Shown piece after piece: positions 54,607 to 64,000 of a DNA stretch of 64,000 nt (its first letter is position 1; every line of letters begins with the position of its first letter). Origin of the DNA: an uncultured Bacteroidales bacterium. GTDB taxonomy: Bacteria > Bacteroidota > Bacteroidia > Bacteroidales > CAZJKL01. A program made the translations under genes and the position numbers. The stretch lies in assembly GCA_964546655.1 (NCBI GenBank), contig CAZJKL010000006.1, positions 1,643-65,642 on the forward strand, written 5' to 3'. The notes below the pieces were generated by a model that saw only the letters and a list, made by a program, of their open reading frames with translations, searched no databases and was not told where the DNA came from.

Positions 54607-55223
54607 CAGTTTATAATATCAACGGTAAAAAAACCGAAAAAAGCATTGCTTTAAATGATTCAATTTTTAATATTGAACCTAATAATCATGCAATATATTT
54701 AGATGTTAAACATTATCTAGCAAATCAAAGACAAGGAAATAGTCAATGTAAAGATAAAGGAGAAGTTTCTAGAACTACAAAAAAATTCAAAAAACAAAAA
54801 GGAACAGGTGGAGCAAGGATTGGTAGTTTGAAAAGTCCTTTAGTTAAAGGTGGGGGAACAGCATTTGGTCCAAAACCAAGAGACTATGATTTCAAATTGA
54901 ATAAAAAATTAAAAAAGATTGCTAGAATTTCTGCTTTAACATTAAAAGCAAAAAATAATGGTTTAATTATATTAGAAGATTTTATTTTTGACGAAATAAA
55001 AACAAAAAATTATATTGAGATAATGAAAAATCTTAATGTATATGATAAAAAAACCATATTAGTTGTTTCAGATACAAATAAAAACGTATATTTGTCGTCC
55101 CGAAATTTAGAAAAGTCAAAAGTAGTGGAAGCATTAAATATAAATACTTATGACATTATTGACACGGAACAATTAATAATAAGTGAAAGTTCACTTGCAG
55201 TTTTAGATAATTTATTAAGCTAA
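54597..55223 (+). CDS. rplD: 50S ribosomal protein L4
   Basis: 208 aa. [34 protein letters not shown]...[12 protein letters not shown]. 10-nt overlap with rplC. Confidence 0.95.
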   Translation: MEIAVYNINGKKTEKSIALNDSIFNIEPNNHAIYLDVKHYLANQRQGNSQCKDKGEVSRTTKKFKKQKGTGGARIGSLKSPLVKGGGTAFGPKPRDYDFKLNKKLKKIARISALTLKAKNNGLIILEDFIFDEIKTKNYIEIMKNLNVYDKKTILVVSDTNKNVYLSSRNLEKSKVVEALNINTYDIIDTEQLIISESSLAVLDNLLS

Positions 55224-55235
55224 AAATATAAAAAA

Positions 55236-55526
55236 ATGGATGTAGTAAAGAAGCCATTAATAACAGAAAAGTTAACATCAATTACTGATAAATACAATAA
55301 ATATGGCTTTATTGTAGACAGAAAATCCAATAAGGTTGAAATTAAAAGTGCCATTGAAAGCATGTATGGTGTAAAGGTTGAAAGTGTTAATACTGTTATT
55401 TGTAGAGGAAAAGCAAAAATTCGTTATACAAAAAAAGGTGTTCATCAAGGTAGAACAAACACATTTAAAAAAGCTATTGTATCATTATCACAAGGAGAAA
55501 CTATAGATTTCTTCAGTAATATTTAA
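55236..55526 (+). CDS. rplW: 50S ribosomal protein L23
   Basis: 96 aa. KPLITEK...[22 protein letters not shown]. Confidence 0.95.
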   Translation: MDVVKKPLITEKLTSITDKYNKYGFIVDRKSNKVEIKSAIESMYGVKVESVNTVICRGKAKIRYTKKGVHQGRTNTFKKAIVSLSQGETIDFFSNI

Positions 55527-55530
55527 GAAA

Positions 55531-56355
55531 ATGGGATTAAGAAAGATAAAACCAGTTACGCCTGGTCAAAGATTTAAAGTAATAAATGATTTTGCTGAAG
55601 TAACAACTAATGTTCCAGAAAAATCATTATTGAGTCCGAAAAGAAAAACAGGAGGAAGAAATAATACAGGTAAAATGACTATGCGTTATATCGGTGGTGG
55701 TCATAAACAACAATATCGTATTATTGATTTTAAAAGAGATAAATTAAATATACCTGCTGTTGTTAAAACAATCGAGTATGATCCAAACAGATCTGCTAGA
55801 ATTGCTTTGCTTTCATATAAAGATGGTGAAAAAAGATATATAATTGCACCAAAAGGAATTAAAGTTGGTCAAGAAGTTATCTCTGGCGAAAATTGCCCAA
55901 TCGAAATAGGAAACACTTTATATTTAAGAGATATACCTCTAGGAACAATAATTCATAATGTTGAATTAAAACCAGGAGAAGGTGCAAAATTAGTTAGAAG
56001 TGCAGGTTCATGGGCTCAGCTAGTTGCTAGAGATGGTAAATATGCAATTATTAAATTACCATCAAAAGAAACAAGGATGATTTTAATAACTTGTATGGCT
56101 ACTATTGGAATGGTTTCAAACATTGACCATATACATGCTATTAGTGGCAAAGCTGGTAGAACAAGATGGCTAGGTACAAGACCAAGAGTTAGAGGCGTTG
56201 CAATGAACCCTGTAGATCACCCAATGGGCGGTGGTGAAGGTAAAGCTTCTGGTGGACACCCAAGATCTAGAACAGGTCTTTATGCAAAAGGTCAAAAAAC
56301 TAGAAATACTACAAAATATAGTAATAAATATATAATAGAAAAAAGAAAAAAATAA
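55531..56355 (+). CDS. rplB: 50S ribosomal protein L2
   Basis: 274 aa. [35 protein letters not shown], and [13 protein letters not shown]. Confidence 0.97.
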   Translation: MGLRKIKPVTPGQRFKVINDFAEVTTNVPEKSLLSPKRKTGGRNNTGKMTMRYIGGGHKQQYRIIDFKRDKLNIPAVVKTIEYDPNRSARIALLSYKDGEKRYIIAPKGIKVGQEVISGENCPIEIGNTLYLRDIPLGTIIHNVELKPGEGAKLVRSAGSWAQLVARDGKYAIIKLPSKETRMILITCMATIGMVSNIDHIHAISGKAGRTRWLGTRPRVRGVAMNPVDHPMGGGEGKASGGHPRSRTGLYAKGQKTRNTTKYSNKYIIEKRKK

Positions 56356-56363
56356 AATAAGGT

Positions 56364-56642
56364 ATGAGTAGATCATTAAAAAAAGGACCATACATAAGTT
56401 CAAAACTCGAAAAGAGAGTTTTAGAAATGAACGATACAACTAAGAAGAAAGTACTAAAAACTTGGTCTAGAAGATCAATGATTTCTCCTGATTTTGTTGG
56501 TCACACAATAGCAGTACATAATGGTAAAAATTTTATTCCAGTTTTTGTAACTGAAAATATGGTTGGACATAAATTAGGTGAATTTTCTCCAACAAGAATT
56601 TTTAGAGGTCACGCTGGTAATAAGGATAAAGGCAAAAGATAA
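56364..56642 (+). CDS. rpsS: 30S ribosomal protein S19
   Basis: 92 aa. [30 protein letters not shown], and [14 protein letters not shown]. Confidence 0.97.
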   Translation: MSRSLKKGPYISSKLEKRVLEMNDTTKKKVLKTWSRRSMISPDFVGHTIAVHNGKNFIPVFVTENMVGHKLGEFSPTRIFRGHAGNKDKGKR

Positions 56643-56648
56643 TTTATT

Positions 56649-57086
56649 ATGGGAGCACGAAAAAGAATATTTGCAGAAAAAGCAAAAGAAGCTAGAAAAA
56701 CTATATATATAGCTAAATTAAATAATTGTCCATCTTCTCCTCGAAAAATGAGATTGTTAGCTGATATGATAAGAGGGAAAGAGGTTAATAATGCTTTAAA
56801 TTTATTAAAGTTTAATAAAAAAGAAGCTTCAATTAAATTAGAAAAATTATTGTTGTCTGCAATAGCAAATTGGCAAAATAAGAATGAAGGAAACAGATTA
56901 GAAGATGCCGATTTATATGTTAAAACAGTTTCTGTGGATGGCGGTAGACAATTAAAAAGGATAAGAACTGCACCTCAAGGTAGAGCACATAGAATTAGAA
57001 AAAGATCTAATCATGTAACTCTTATTGTAGATGATAGAAAAAATTTAATAGATAATAGTAATTTAGAAAACGTAAGTAAAGCATAA
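56649..57086 (+). CDS. rplV: 50S ribosomal protein L22
   Basis: 145 aa. [21 protein letters not shown], and [26 protein letters not shown]. Confidence 0.95.
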   Translation: MGARKRIFAEKAKEARKTIYIAKLNNCPSSPRKMRLLADMIRGKEVNNALNLLKFNKKEASIKLEKLLLSAIANWQNKNEGNRLEDADLYVKTVSVDGGRQLKRIRTAPQGRAHRIRKRSNHVTLIVDDRKNLIDNSNLENVSKA

Positions 57087-57087
57087 A

Positions 57088-57786
57088 ATGGGACAAAAAG
57101 TTAATCCAATAAGTTTAAGATTAGGTTACATCAAAGGATGGGATTCTAATTGGTATGGCGGAAGAAATTATGCAGACAAAATATCTGAAGATTATGAAAT
57201 AAGAAGATATTTAAATGCACGTTTATCAAAAGCAGGAATTTGTAAAATTGTTATTGAAAGAACATTAAAACTTATTACTGTTACTATAAACACAGCTAGG
57301 CCAGGTATTATAATTGGTAAAGGTGGACAGGAAGTTGACAAACTAAAAGGCGAATTAAAGAAAATAACCAAAAAAGAAATTCAAATTAATATATTTGAAG
57401 TTAGAAGACCTGAATTAGATGCTGTTATTGTTGGAGCAAGTGTAGCGAAACAACTTGAAGGAAGAGTTTCTTTCAGAAGAGCTATAAAAACTGCAATAGC
57501 TTCAACTATGAGAATGGGTGCTGAAGGTATAAAAATTCAATTATCTGGAAGACTTGGTGGTGCGGAAATGGCAAGAACAGAAATGTATAAAGAAGGAAGA
57601 ATCCCATTACATACAATAAGAGCTGATATTGATTATGCTTTAAGTGAAGCATCAACAACATACGGAAAAATTGGGGTAAAAGTATGGATTTGCAAAGGTG
57701 AAGTTTATGGAAGAAGAGATTTATCTCCAAACTTTGGCAAAGCAATAGAAAGCCCAAAATCAAACAATAAAAGAAAGAAAAAATAA
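57088..57786 (+). CDS. rpsC: 30S ribosomal protein S3
   Basis: 232 aa. [15 protein letters not shown]-domain block [14 protein letters not shown], and [12 protein letters not shown]. Confidence 0.97.
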   Translation: MGQKVNPISLRLGYIKGWDSNWYGGRNYADKISEDYEIRRYLNARLSKAGICKIVIERTLKLITVTINTARPGIIIGKGGQEVDKLKGELKKITKKEIQINIFEVRRPELDAVIVGASVAKQLEGRVSFRRAIKTAIASTMRMGAEGIKIQLSGRLGGAEMARTEMYKEGRIPLHTIRADIDYALSEASTTYGKIGVKVWICKGEVYGRRDLSPNFGKAIESPKSNNKRKKK

Positions 57787-57808
57787 TAAATCTTAAAATA
57801 TTTTATAA

Positions 57809-58228
57809 ATGTTACAACCTAAAAAAGTAAAATATCGTAAGCAGCAAAAAGGTAAAATGAAAGGCTTAGACTATAAAGGAAGCCAAATAGCTTACGGTTC
57901 ATTCGCAATTAAAGCGTTAGAGTATACTTTTATTACAAGTCGCCAAATTGAAGCTGCAAGACAGGCCGTTACAAGATACATGAAAAGAGAAGGTAATATT
58001 TGGATTAGAATTTTCCCTGACAAATCTATAACAAAGAAACCTGCCGAAGTAAGGATGGGTAAAGGTAAAGGTGCTCCTGAATATTTCGTTGCTAGAGTAT
58101 GTCCAGGTAGAATTTTATTTGAAGCAGATGGCGTTTCTATGGAAATTGCAAAGGAAGCATTAAGACTTGCTGCACAAAAACTTCCAATAAAAACAAAATT
58201 TATTGTTAGAAATGATTATACTGAATAA
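57809..58228 (+). CDS. rplP: 50S ribosomal protein L16
   Basis: 139 aa. [41 protein letters not shown], and RMGKGKG.PE. Confidence 0.97.
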   Translation: MLQPKKVKYRKQQKGKMKGLDYKGSQIAYGSFAIKALEYTFITSRQIEAARQAVTRYMKREGNIWIRIFPDKSITKKPAEVRMGKGKGAPEYFVARVCPGRILFEADGVSMEIAKEALRLAAQKLPIKTKFIVRNDYTE

Positions 58229-58244
58229 AATAATTTTTTAAAAG

Positions 58245-58445
58245 ATGAAAATAGGAAACTACAAAGAATTATCATTAAAGGATTTAGTTGATAAATTAAA
58301 TGACGAAAAATCGTTATTGTTAAAATTAAAAATAAATCACACTGTATCTGAGATAGATAATCCAATGAAATTAAGGATGTTAAGAAAAAACATAGCTAGA
58401 TTAACAACAGAATTAAATAGAAGACAACTAGCAGATAAAAAATAA
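58245..58445 (+). CDS. rpmC: 50S ribosomal protein L29
   Basis: 66 aa. Helical L29 pattern (L...L.......N.......RK.IAR..T) and operon position between rplP and rpsQ. Confidence 0.9.
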   Translation: MKIGNYKELSLKDLVDKLNDEKSLLLKLKINHTVSEIDNPMKLRMLRKNIARLTTELNRRQLADKK

Positions 58446-58447
58446 CT

Positions 58448-58708
58448 ATGGAAACAAAAAGAAATTTAAGAAAAACAAGAATAGGTTTAGTTGCTAGCAA
58501 CAAAATGGAAAAATCAGTTGTTGTAACAGTTGAAAGAAAAGTAAAACATCCTATTTATCATAAATTTGTTAAGAAAACAACAAAGTATTATGCACATGAT
58601 GAAAATAATGATGCAAATATTGGTGATACAGTAAAAATAATGGAAACAAGACCATTAAGTAAAACAAAATGTTGGAGATTAGTAGAAATTATCGAAAGAG
58701 CTAAATAA
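58448..58708 (+). CDS. rpsQ: 30S ribosomal protein S17
   Basis: 86 aa. G.V.S.KM.KS.VV.VER.VKHP.Y.K......KY.AHDE.N....GD.V.I.E.RPLSK.K.W.L. Confidence 0.95.
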   Translation: METKRNLRKTRIGLVASNKMEKSVVVTVERKVKHPIYHKFVKKTTKYYAHDENNDANIGDTVKIMETRPLSKTKCWRLVEIIERAK

Positions 58709-58718
58709 ATAATTAACA

Positions 58719-59087
58719 ATGATACAACAAGAAACAAGATTAAAGGTAGCTGATAATAGTGGTGCAAAAGAAGCATTATGTATTAGAGTACTTGGAGGAA
58801 CCAAAAAGAAATATGCAACTCTTGGTGATATAGTAGTTGTGGCAATTAAAACTGCAATACCTTCTGGAAACGTAAAAAAAGGAAGTGTATCTAAAGGAGT
58901 TGTTGTTAGAACAAAAAAAGAAATTAGAAGATCTGATGGATCTTATATAAGATTTGATGATAATGCTGTTGTATTACTTGATACTAACGGTGAAATCAAA
59001 GGAACTCGTATATTTGGACCTGTTGCAAGAGAATTACGTGATAAGCAATTTTTAAAAATTGCATCATTAGCACCTGAAGTTATTTAA
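58719..59087 (+). CDS. rplN: 50S ribosomal protein L14
   Basis: 122 aa. [33 protein letters not shown], and [13 protein letters not shown]. Confidence 0.97.
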   Translation: MIQQETRLKVADNSGAKEALCIRVLGGTKKKYATLGDIVVVAIKTAIPSGNVKKGSVSKGVVVRTKKEIRRSDGSYIRFDDNAVVLLDTNGEIKGTRIFGPVARELRDKQFLKIASLAPEVI

Positions 59088-59108
59088 ATAAATAGAAAAA
59101 TTATATAT

Positions 59109-59429
59109 ATGCGACCAAAATTACATATAAAAAAGGGAGATACAGTAAAAGTTTTAGCCGGAGATTCAAAAGGTCAGCAAGGTAGAGTTTTATTAGTTGA
59201 TGTTAAAAAGAATAGAGCAATTGTTGAAGGGTTAAATCAAGTATCTAAACATACAAAACCTAATGCTAAAAGTCCTCAAGGAGGAATAATTAAAAAAGAA
59301 GCTCCAATTCATATATCTAATCTTATGGTGATTGATCCTGCTACAGGCCAACCATCTAGAGTTGGAAGAAAGATAGATGAAACAACTGGAAAAATAGTTC
59401 GTTATTTTAAAAAAAGTATTAAAAAATAA
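59109..59429 (+). CDS. rplX: 50S ribosomal protein L24
   Basis: 106 aa. [25 protein letters not shown] motif, and E.PIH.SN. Confidence 0.95.
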   Translation: MRPKLHIKKGDTVKVLAGDSKGQQGRVLLVDVKKNRAIVEGLNQVSKHTKPNAKSPQGGIIKKEAPIHISNLMVIDPATGQPSRVGRKIDETTGKIVRYFKKSIKK

Positions 59430-59434
59430 CTGTG

Positions 59435-59992
59435 ATGACTTATACACCAAGATTAATGAAAAAATATCAGGAAGAGATAATTCCTGAATTAAAAAAACAG
59501 TTTAATTATAAATCTGTTATGCAAGTTCCAAGAATTGAGAAAATTTGTTTAAATCAAGGAGTTGGAAGTGCTTTAAAAGATAAGAAAAATATTGATGTAG
59601 CTGTTGAAGAAATGACAATGATTGCTGGTCAAAAAGCAGTACAAACATTATCTAAAAAGGATATATCAAATTTTAAACTGAGAAAAGGGAATGCAATTGG
59701 AGTTAGAGTTACTCTAAGAAGAGAAAAAATGTATGAATTCTTAGATAGACTTTTATCTGTTTCAATGCCAAGGATTAGAGATTTTAATGGCATTAATGAT
59801 AAAGGATTTGACGGAAGGGGCAACTATTCTATAGGAGTTACTGAACAAATTATTTTTCCTGAAATAAATTTAGATAAAGTGAGTAAAATAAATGGACTAA
59901 ATATTTCATTTGTTACAAGTGCCAACACTGACGAAGAAGCATTTGCATTATTGAAATTATTTGGATTACCTTTTAGAAATCAAAAACAATAA
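59435..59992 (+). CDS. rplE: 50S ribosomal protein L5
   Basis: ATG at 59435 preferred over the GTG at 59432. [26 protein letters not shown]......[17 protein letters not shown]. Confidence 0.95.
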   Translation: MTYTPRLMKKYQEEIIPELKKQFNYKSVMQVPRIEKICLNQGVGSALKDKKNIDVAVEEMTMIAGQKAVQTLSKKDISNFKLRKGNAIGVRVTLRREKMYEFLDRLLSVSMPRIRDFNGINDKGFDGRGNYSIGVTEQIIFPEINLDKVSKINGLNISFVTSANTDEEAFALLKLFGLPFRNQKQ

Positions 59993-60003
59993 TTTGATTA
60001 GTT

Positions 60004-60273
60004 ATGGCAAAAGAATCAATGAAAGCTCGTGAAGTAAAAAGAGCAAAACTTTCAAAAAAGTACGAAGAGAAGAGAAAAAAACTTAAGGAATTAGGTGACT
60101 ATGCATCTTTAGATAAAATACCAAAGAACGCATGTCCTATAAGAATGAGAAATAGATGCTCTATCACTGGTCGTCCAAAAGGTTATATGAGACAGTTTGG
60201 TATATCAAGAATAACATTCCGAGAAATGGCTTCTAAAGGATTAATCCCAGGAGTAACAAAAGCTAGTTGGTAA
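60004..60273 (+). CDS. rpsN: 30S ribosomal protein S14 (long form)
   Basis: 89 aa. [28 protein letters not shown]...RE.A..G.IPGV.KASW. Confidence 0.95.
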   Translation: MAKESMKAREVKRAKLSKKYEEKRKKLKELGDYASLDKIPKNACPIRMRNRCSITGRPKGYMRQFGISRITFREMASKGLIPGVTKASW

Positions 60274-60295
60274 AATAATAAAAATATTAAAGAAA

Positions 60296-60691
60296 ATGAC
60301 AGATCCAATTGCAGATTTTTTAACAAGAGTTAGAAATGCTATTAATGCAAAGCATAGAATTGTAGAAATTCCAGCTTCAAATTTAAAAAAAGAAATTACA
60401 AAAATATTGTACGATAAAGGGTATATTTTAAGTTATAAATTTTTAGAAGATGATAAACAAGGTCTTATTAAAATAGCTTTAAAGTATAATCCAAAGTCAA
60501 AAGAATCAGCGATCAAAAGAATTGATAGAATTAGTTCTCCAGGTTTAAGAAAATATGTTGATTCTGAAAATTTACCAAGAGTATTAAATGGTCTTGGAAT
60601 AGCAATTATTTCAACTTCTAAAGGTGTAATTACTGATAAAGAAGCAAAGACTCTTCACGTTGGTGGAGAAGTATTATGTTATGTTTATTAA
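60296..60691 (+). CDS. rpsH: 30S ribosomal protein S8
   Basis: 131 aa. [32 protein letters not shown]...H.GGE.L. Confidence 0.97.
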   Translation: MTDPIADFLTRVRNAINAKHRIVEIPASNLKKEITKILYDKGYILSYKFLEDDKQGLIKIALKYNPKSKESAIKRIDRISSPGLRKYVDSENLPRVLNGLGIAIISTSKGVITDKEAKTLHVGGEVLCYVY

Positions 60692-60710
60692 TTTTTAAAA
60701 AAATAAAATA

Positions 60711-61265
60711 ATGTCAAGAATTGGAAAATTACCAATAAAAATTCCAGCGGGCGTGCAAGTAACTGTATCTGAAAAAAATACAATTACTGTAAAAGGTAAA
60801 TTAGGAACATTGGAAAGAAGTATTGATAAAGATATCACAATAGAAATTAATGACAATGTTATTAATGTTAAAAGACCTACTGATCAAAAAAGACACAGAT
60901 CATTGCATGGTTTATATAGAGCTTTAATTAATAATATGGTTCAAGGAGTTTCTACTGGATTTTTAAAAGAATTAGAATTAGTTGGTGTTGGTTACAAAGC
61001 TAATGCACAAGGTCAAAAACTTGAATTAAGTTTGGGTTATTCTCATGATTTTTTAATTGAATTACCTGAAGAAATTAAATTAGAAACTGAAACATTAAAA
61101 GGTAAAAATCCTTCTATAAAATTAACAAGTTACGATAAAGAGCTTTTGGGAATGGTTGTATCAAAAATAAGATCATTTAGACCTCCAGAACCTTATAAAG
61201 GTAAAGGTATCCTATATAAAGGAGAGGTTGTTAGAAGAAAAGCAGGTAAATTAGCTGGTGAATAA
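60711..61265 (+). CDS. rplF: 50S ribosomal protein L6
   Basis: 184 aa. MSRIGK.PI.IP.GV.V, L.LVGVGY.A, R...[13 protein letters not shown]. Confidence 0.97.
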   Translation: MSRIGKLPIKIPAGVQVTVSEKNTITVKGKLGTLERSIDKDITIEINDNVINVKRPTDQKRHRSLHGLYRALINNMVQGVSTGFLKELELVGVGYKANAQGQKLELSLGYSHDFLIELPEEIKLETETLKGKNPSIKLTSYDKELLGMVVSKIRSFRPPEPYKGKGILYKGEVVRRKAGKLAGE

Positions 61266-61285
61266 TATATAAAAAATATACTAAG

Positions 61286-61642
61286 ATGTCTGTAAATAAA
61301 TTAGAGCGAAGAGCAAGTATAAAAAAGAGAATTAGAAAAATTGTGCAAGGAACTACTGAAAAACCACGTTTGTGTATTTTTAGAAGTAATAAAGAAATTT
61401 ATGCACAAATGATTGATGATTTAGTAGGTATAACTTTAGTTTCTGCTTCATCAAAAGATAAATCTATTATAGAAATAAAAGGAACTAAAATAGATAAAGC
61501 TAAATTAGTAGGTAAATTAATTGCCGAAAAATCATTAGAAAAAGGAATAAATTGTACTGTTTTTGACAGAGGCGGTTATTTATATCACGGAAGAGTTAAA
61601 GCTTTAGCTGAATCTGCTAGAGAAAACGGTTTAAAATTTTAA
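61286..61642 (+). CDS. rplR: 50S ribosomal protein L18
   Basis: 118 aa. R.RIRKK..GT.E.PRL.IFRSNK.IYAQ.IDD, and FDRGGY.YHGR.KALAE.ARE.GL.F. Confidence 0.95.
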   Translation: MSVNKLERRASIKKRIRKIVQGTTEKPRLCIFRSNKEIYAQMIDDLVGITLVSASSKDKSIIEIKGTKIDKAKLVGKLIAEKSLEKGINCTVFDRGGYLYHGRVKALAESARENGLKF

Positions 61643-61647
61643 ATAAT

Positions 61648-62166
61648 ATGATAAACGAAAGCCAAAAAAGAGTAAAATCTGCTGAAATAGAATTAAAAGA
61701 TAAATTAGTAGCAGTAAAAAGAGTTACCAAAGTAACAAAAGGTGGTAGAACATTTAGTTTTTCTGCAATCGTTGTTGTTGGTAATGAAAAAGGAGTTGTA
61801 GGTTATGGATTAGGTAAAGCAAGAGAAGTTTCTTCTGCAATTGCAAAAGGAATTGATGATGCAAAGAAAAACTTAGTTAAAATACCTGTTCATAAAGGAA
61901 CTATACCTCACGAACAAATTGGTAAATTTGGAGGCTCTACTATCTTTATGAAACCAGCTGCTCCTGGTGCTGGAGTTATTGCAGGTGGTGCTATGCGTGC
62001 AGTACTTGAAAGTGTTGGAATTAAAGACGTATTGGCAAAATCTAAAGGTTCTTCGAACCCTCACAATGTTGTTAAAGCAACAATTGATGGCTTATTAAAA
62101 CTTAGAGATGCGAACACCGTTGCTCTTAACAGAGGAATAGAAATAGAAAAAGTATTTAACGGTTAA
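61648..62166 (+). CDS. rpsE: 30S ribosomal protein S5
   Basis: 172 aa. V.RV.KV.KGGR.FSF.A.VVVGN..G.VG.G.GKA.EV..AI.K, and P.APG.G.IAGG..R. Confidence 0.97.
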   Translation: MINESQKRVKSAEIELKDKLVAVKRVTKVTKGGRTFSFSAIVVVGNEKGVVGYGLGKAREVSSAIAKGIDDAKKNLVKIPVHKGTIPHEQIGKFGGSTIFMKPAAPGAGVIAGGAMRAVLESVGIKDVLAKSKGSSNPHNVVKATIDGLLKLRDANTVALNRGIEIEKVFNG

Positions 62167-62177
62167 AATTATTTGAA

Positions 62178-62357
62178 ATGGCAGAAAAAATAAAAATAAA
62201 GTTAGTAAAAAGTATTATTGGTCAAAGTAAAACCAGTAAGAGAACTGTAGAAGCTCTAGGATTTAAGAAACTAAATCAAATAATTGAAAAAGAAGCTACT
62301 CCTCAAATTATAGGAATGGTTAATAGTGTAGAGCATTTAGTTAAGGTAATAGAATAA
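62178..62357 (+). CDS. rpmD: 50S ribosomal protein L30
   Basis: Hand-called (59 aa, below the ORF-track cutoff): MAEKIKIKLVKSIIGQSKTSKRTVEALGFKKLNQIIEKEATPQIIGMVNSVEHLVKVIE. Canonical position between rpsE and rplO. Confidence 0.9.
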   Translation: MAEKIKIKLVKSIIGQSKTSKRTVEALGFKKLNQIIEKEATPQIIGMVNSVEHLVKVIE

Positions 62358-62381
62358 TAAAATATATAAAAATATATTAAA

Positions 62382-62834
62382 ATGAATTTAAGTAATTTAA
62401 AACCAGCCGAAGGTTCGGTTAAAAAAGCTAAAAGAATAGCAAGGGGTCAAGGTTCAGGTAAAGGCGGAACTTCAACTAAAGGACATAAAGGAGCAAAATC
62501 AAGATCTGGTTATAAATCAAAAAGAGGTTTTGAAGGTGGTCAAATGCCATTACAAAGAAGAGTTCCTAAATTTGGATTTAAGAACATAAATAGAGTAGAA
62601 TATCAAAGTGTTAATTTGGATTTAATTGAACATTTATTTTCTGAACTTAAACTTGAAGTTATAACTCCTTCTATTTTATGTGATTACGGAATTGTAAATA
62701 AAAACGACAAAGTTAAAATTCTTGCGAGAGGTATTGATGATTTTAATTCAAAAATCGAAATCAGTGCTCATGGCTTTTCTAAAAAAGCTCAACAAGCAAT
62801 TGAAGACAAAGGAGGAAAAGTAATTATATTGTAA
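62382..62834 (+). CDS. rplO: 50S ribosomal protein L15
   Basis: 150 aa. L..LKPA.GS.K..KR..RG.GSG.G.T..KGHKG...RSG......FEGGQMPL.RR.PK.GF. Confidence 0.95.
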   Translation: MNLSNLKPAEGSVKKAKRIARGQGSGKGGTSTKGHKGAKSRSGYKSKRGFEGGQMPLQRRVPKFGFKNINRVEYQSVNLDLIEHLFSELKLEVITPSILCDYGIVNKNDKVKILARGIDDFNSKIEISAHGFSKKAQQAIEDKGGKVIIL

Positions 62835-62848
62835 ATTTTCTTTATTAA

Positions 62849-64000
62849 ATGAAAAAAATAATTGAAACAATAAAAAATATCTGGAAAATTGAAGACCTTA
62901 GATTAAGGATAATAACTACTTTGGGATTATTATTAATTTATAGATTAGGTTCTTTTATAGTTTTACCAGGAATTGATCCAGAACAATTATCTGCTCTTAA
63001 AACTCAAGGTGGAACAGGTGGATTAGTTGATTTATTAAATATGTTTTCAGGCGGAGCATTTTCTAATGCTTCAATTTTTGCATTAGGTATTATGCCTTAT
63101 ATTTCTGCATCAATAGTTATTCAATTATTAAGTATGGCTGTACCTTATTTCCAAAAAATGCAAAAAGAAGGTGAAAGCGGAAGAAAAAAAATAAACCAAA
63201 TAACAAGATATTTAACAGTGATTATTACTGCAGCTCAAGCTCCTGCTTATCTTGGTAATTTAAGAATGCAATTAAGACCAGAAGCTTTTGCTCCATTTGA
63301 TCCTGCTATTACTTCACAACCATTTATTTTTTGGTTAACATCAATACTTTTATTGGTAACAGGAACTATGTTTGTAATGTGGATTGGTGAAAGAATAACT
63401 GAAAAAGGAATTGGAAATGGAATATCTTTAATTATTATGGTTGGTATTATTGCTAGATTGCCTCATGCGTTTGGCTATGAATTAACAGATGCTTTTAACA
63501 AACCTGAAGGAAGATTGGTGTTTTTCTTGGTTGAAATGGTATTGCTTGTTTTAGTTATATTATTAACTATATTATTAGTGCAAGGAACAAGAAGAATTCC
63601 AGTTCAATATGCAAAAAGAGTTTATGGAAATAAACAATATGGTGGAGTTCGTCAATATATCCCTTTAAAAGTTAATGCAGCTGGTGTAATGCCTATTATA
63701 TTTGCTCAAGCAATTATGTTTGTGCCATTAACTCTTGCTGGATTTGCTTCAAGTGAGAATTCAAGTTTTTTGAGAACATTCTCTGATCCTACTTCTTTTT
63801 GGTATAACTTTACATTCTTTATAATGATAATTTTATTTACTTATTTCTATACTGCTATTACTTATAATCCTATTCAAATGGCAGATGAAATGAAGAAGAA
63901 TGGTGGATTTATTCCTGGAATTAAACCTGGTAAAAAAACGGCTGAATATTTAGATAATATAATGTCAAGAATTACTTTGCCAGGGTCTATATTTTTGGGA
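62849..64000 (+). CDS. secY: preprotein translocase subunit SecY, N-terminal 384 codons; the gene runs off the right edge
   Basis: Hand-translated from the ATG at 62849: MKKIIETIKNIWKIEDLRLRIITTLGLLLIYRLGSFIVLPGIDPEQL...GGAFSNASIFALGIMPYISASIVIQLL. The frame is open to the window end. Canonical position after rplO. Confidence 0.9.
   Translation, partial: MKKIIETIKNIWKIEDLRLRIITTLGLLLIYRLGSFIVLPGIDPEQLSALKTQGGTGGLVDLLNMFSGGAFSNASIFALGIMPYISASIVIQLLSMAVPYFQKMQKEGESGRKKINQITRYLTVIITAAQAPAYLGNLRMQLRPEAFAPFDPAITSQPFIFWLTSILLLVTGTMFVMWIGERITEKGIGNGISLIIMVGIIARLPHAFGYELTDAFNKPEGRLVFFLVEMVLLVLVILLTILLVQGTRRIPVQYAKRVYGNKQYGGVRQYIPLKVNAAGVMPIIFAQAIMFVPLTLAGFASSENSSFLRTFSDPTSFWYNFTFFIMIILFTYFYTAITYNPIQMADEMKKNGGFIPGIKPGKKTAEYLDNIMSRITLPGSIFLG

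Overview
This is a visibly AT-rich chromosomal segment of a Bacteroidota-type genome. The assignment rests on T9SS C-terminal sorting domains, gld genes, recurrent TAnnTTTG promoter boxes, and the parA-parB-DUF5683-dapB-lepB synteny. GC content was not computed and no database search was possible, so every call rests on reading the translations and the DNA.

Most of the window is housekeeping:
- 0.3-7.9 kb: envelope and secreted proteins (OmpA/TPR, a PorP/SprF-like protein).
- 8.2-20.5 kb: gcvT, lepB, dapB, parBA, dnaN, typA.
- 14.6 and 21.6 kb: two paralogous T9SS cargo proteins.
- 24.5-27.3 kb: a four-subunit 2-oxoacid:ferredoxin oxidoreductase operon in D-A-B-C order, followed by tRNA-Asp.
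- 27.8-34.2 kb: gldF-gldG-DUF4340, then acyltransferase, a gldH-like gene and a lone gldL.
- 34.2-45 kb: sigma factor/GT2, tgt, lptF/G, rsmG, rnhB, rbfA, purA.
- 44.9-48.2 kb: a UXS-rfbACD sugar-nucleotide cluster.
- 50.6-64.0 kb: the fused str/S10/spc ribosomal protein operons, rpsL through a partial secY. rpmD and secY were called by hand because they are absent from the ORF track.

The only clearly accessory stretch is 38.4-41.5 kb, between lptF/G and rsmG. It holds an ORF6N (KilA-N-like) gene plus a decayed tandem copy, and a tight three-ORF module of unknown function. It is bracketed by arrays of GC-rich mini-hairpins and a 107-108 bp tandem repeat.

Other points worth a second look:
- A divergent EF-G paralog with degenerate GTPase motifs sits directly upstream of rpsL-rpsG-fusA.
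- The extended gldL is separated from gldK/M/N.
- A 250-bp-period tandem duplication copies a palindromic intergenic element together with the last 111 nt of purA.
- The same palindromic element recurs at 8.0 kb with a nested insertion.

I found no CRISPR array, transposase, integrase, rRNA or recognisable defence system.
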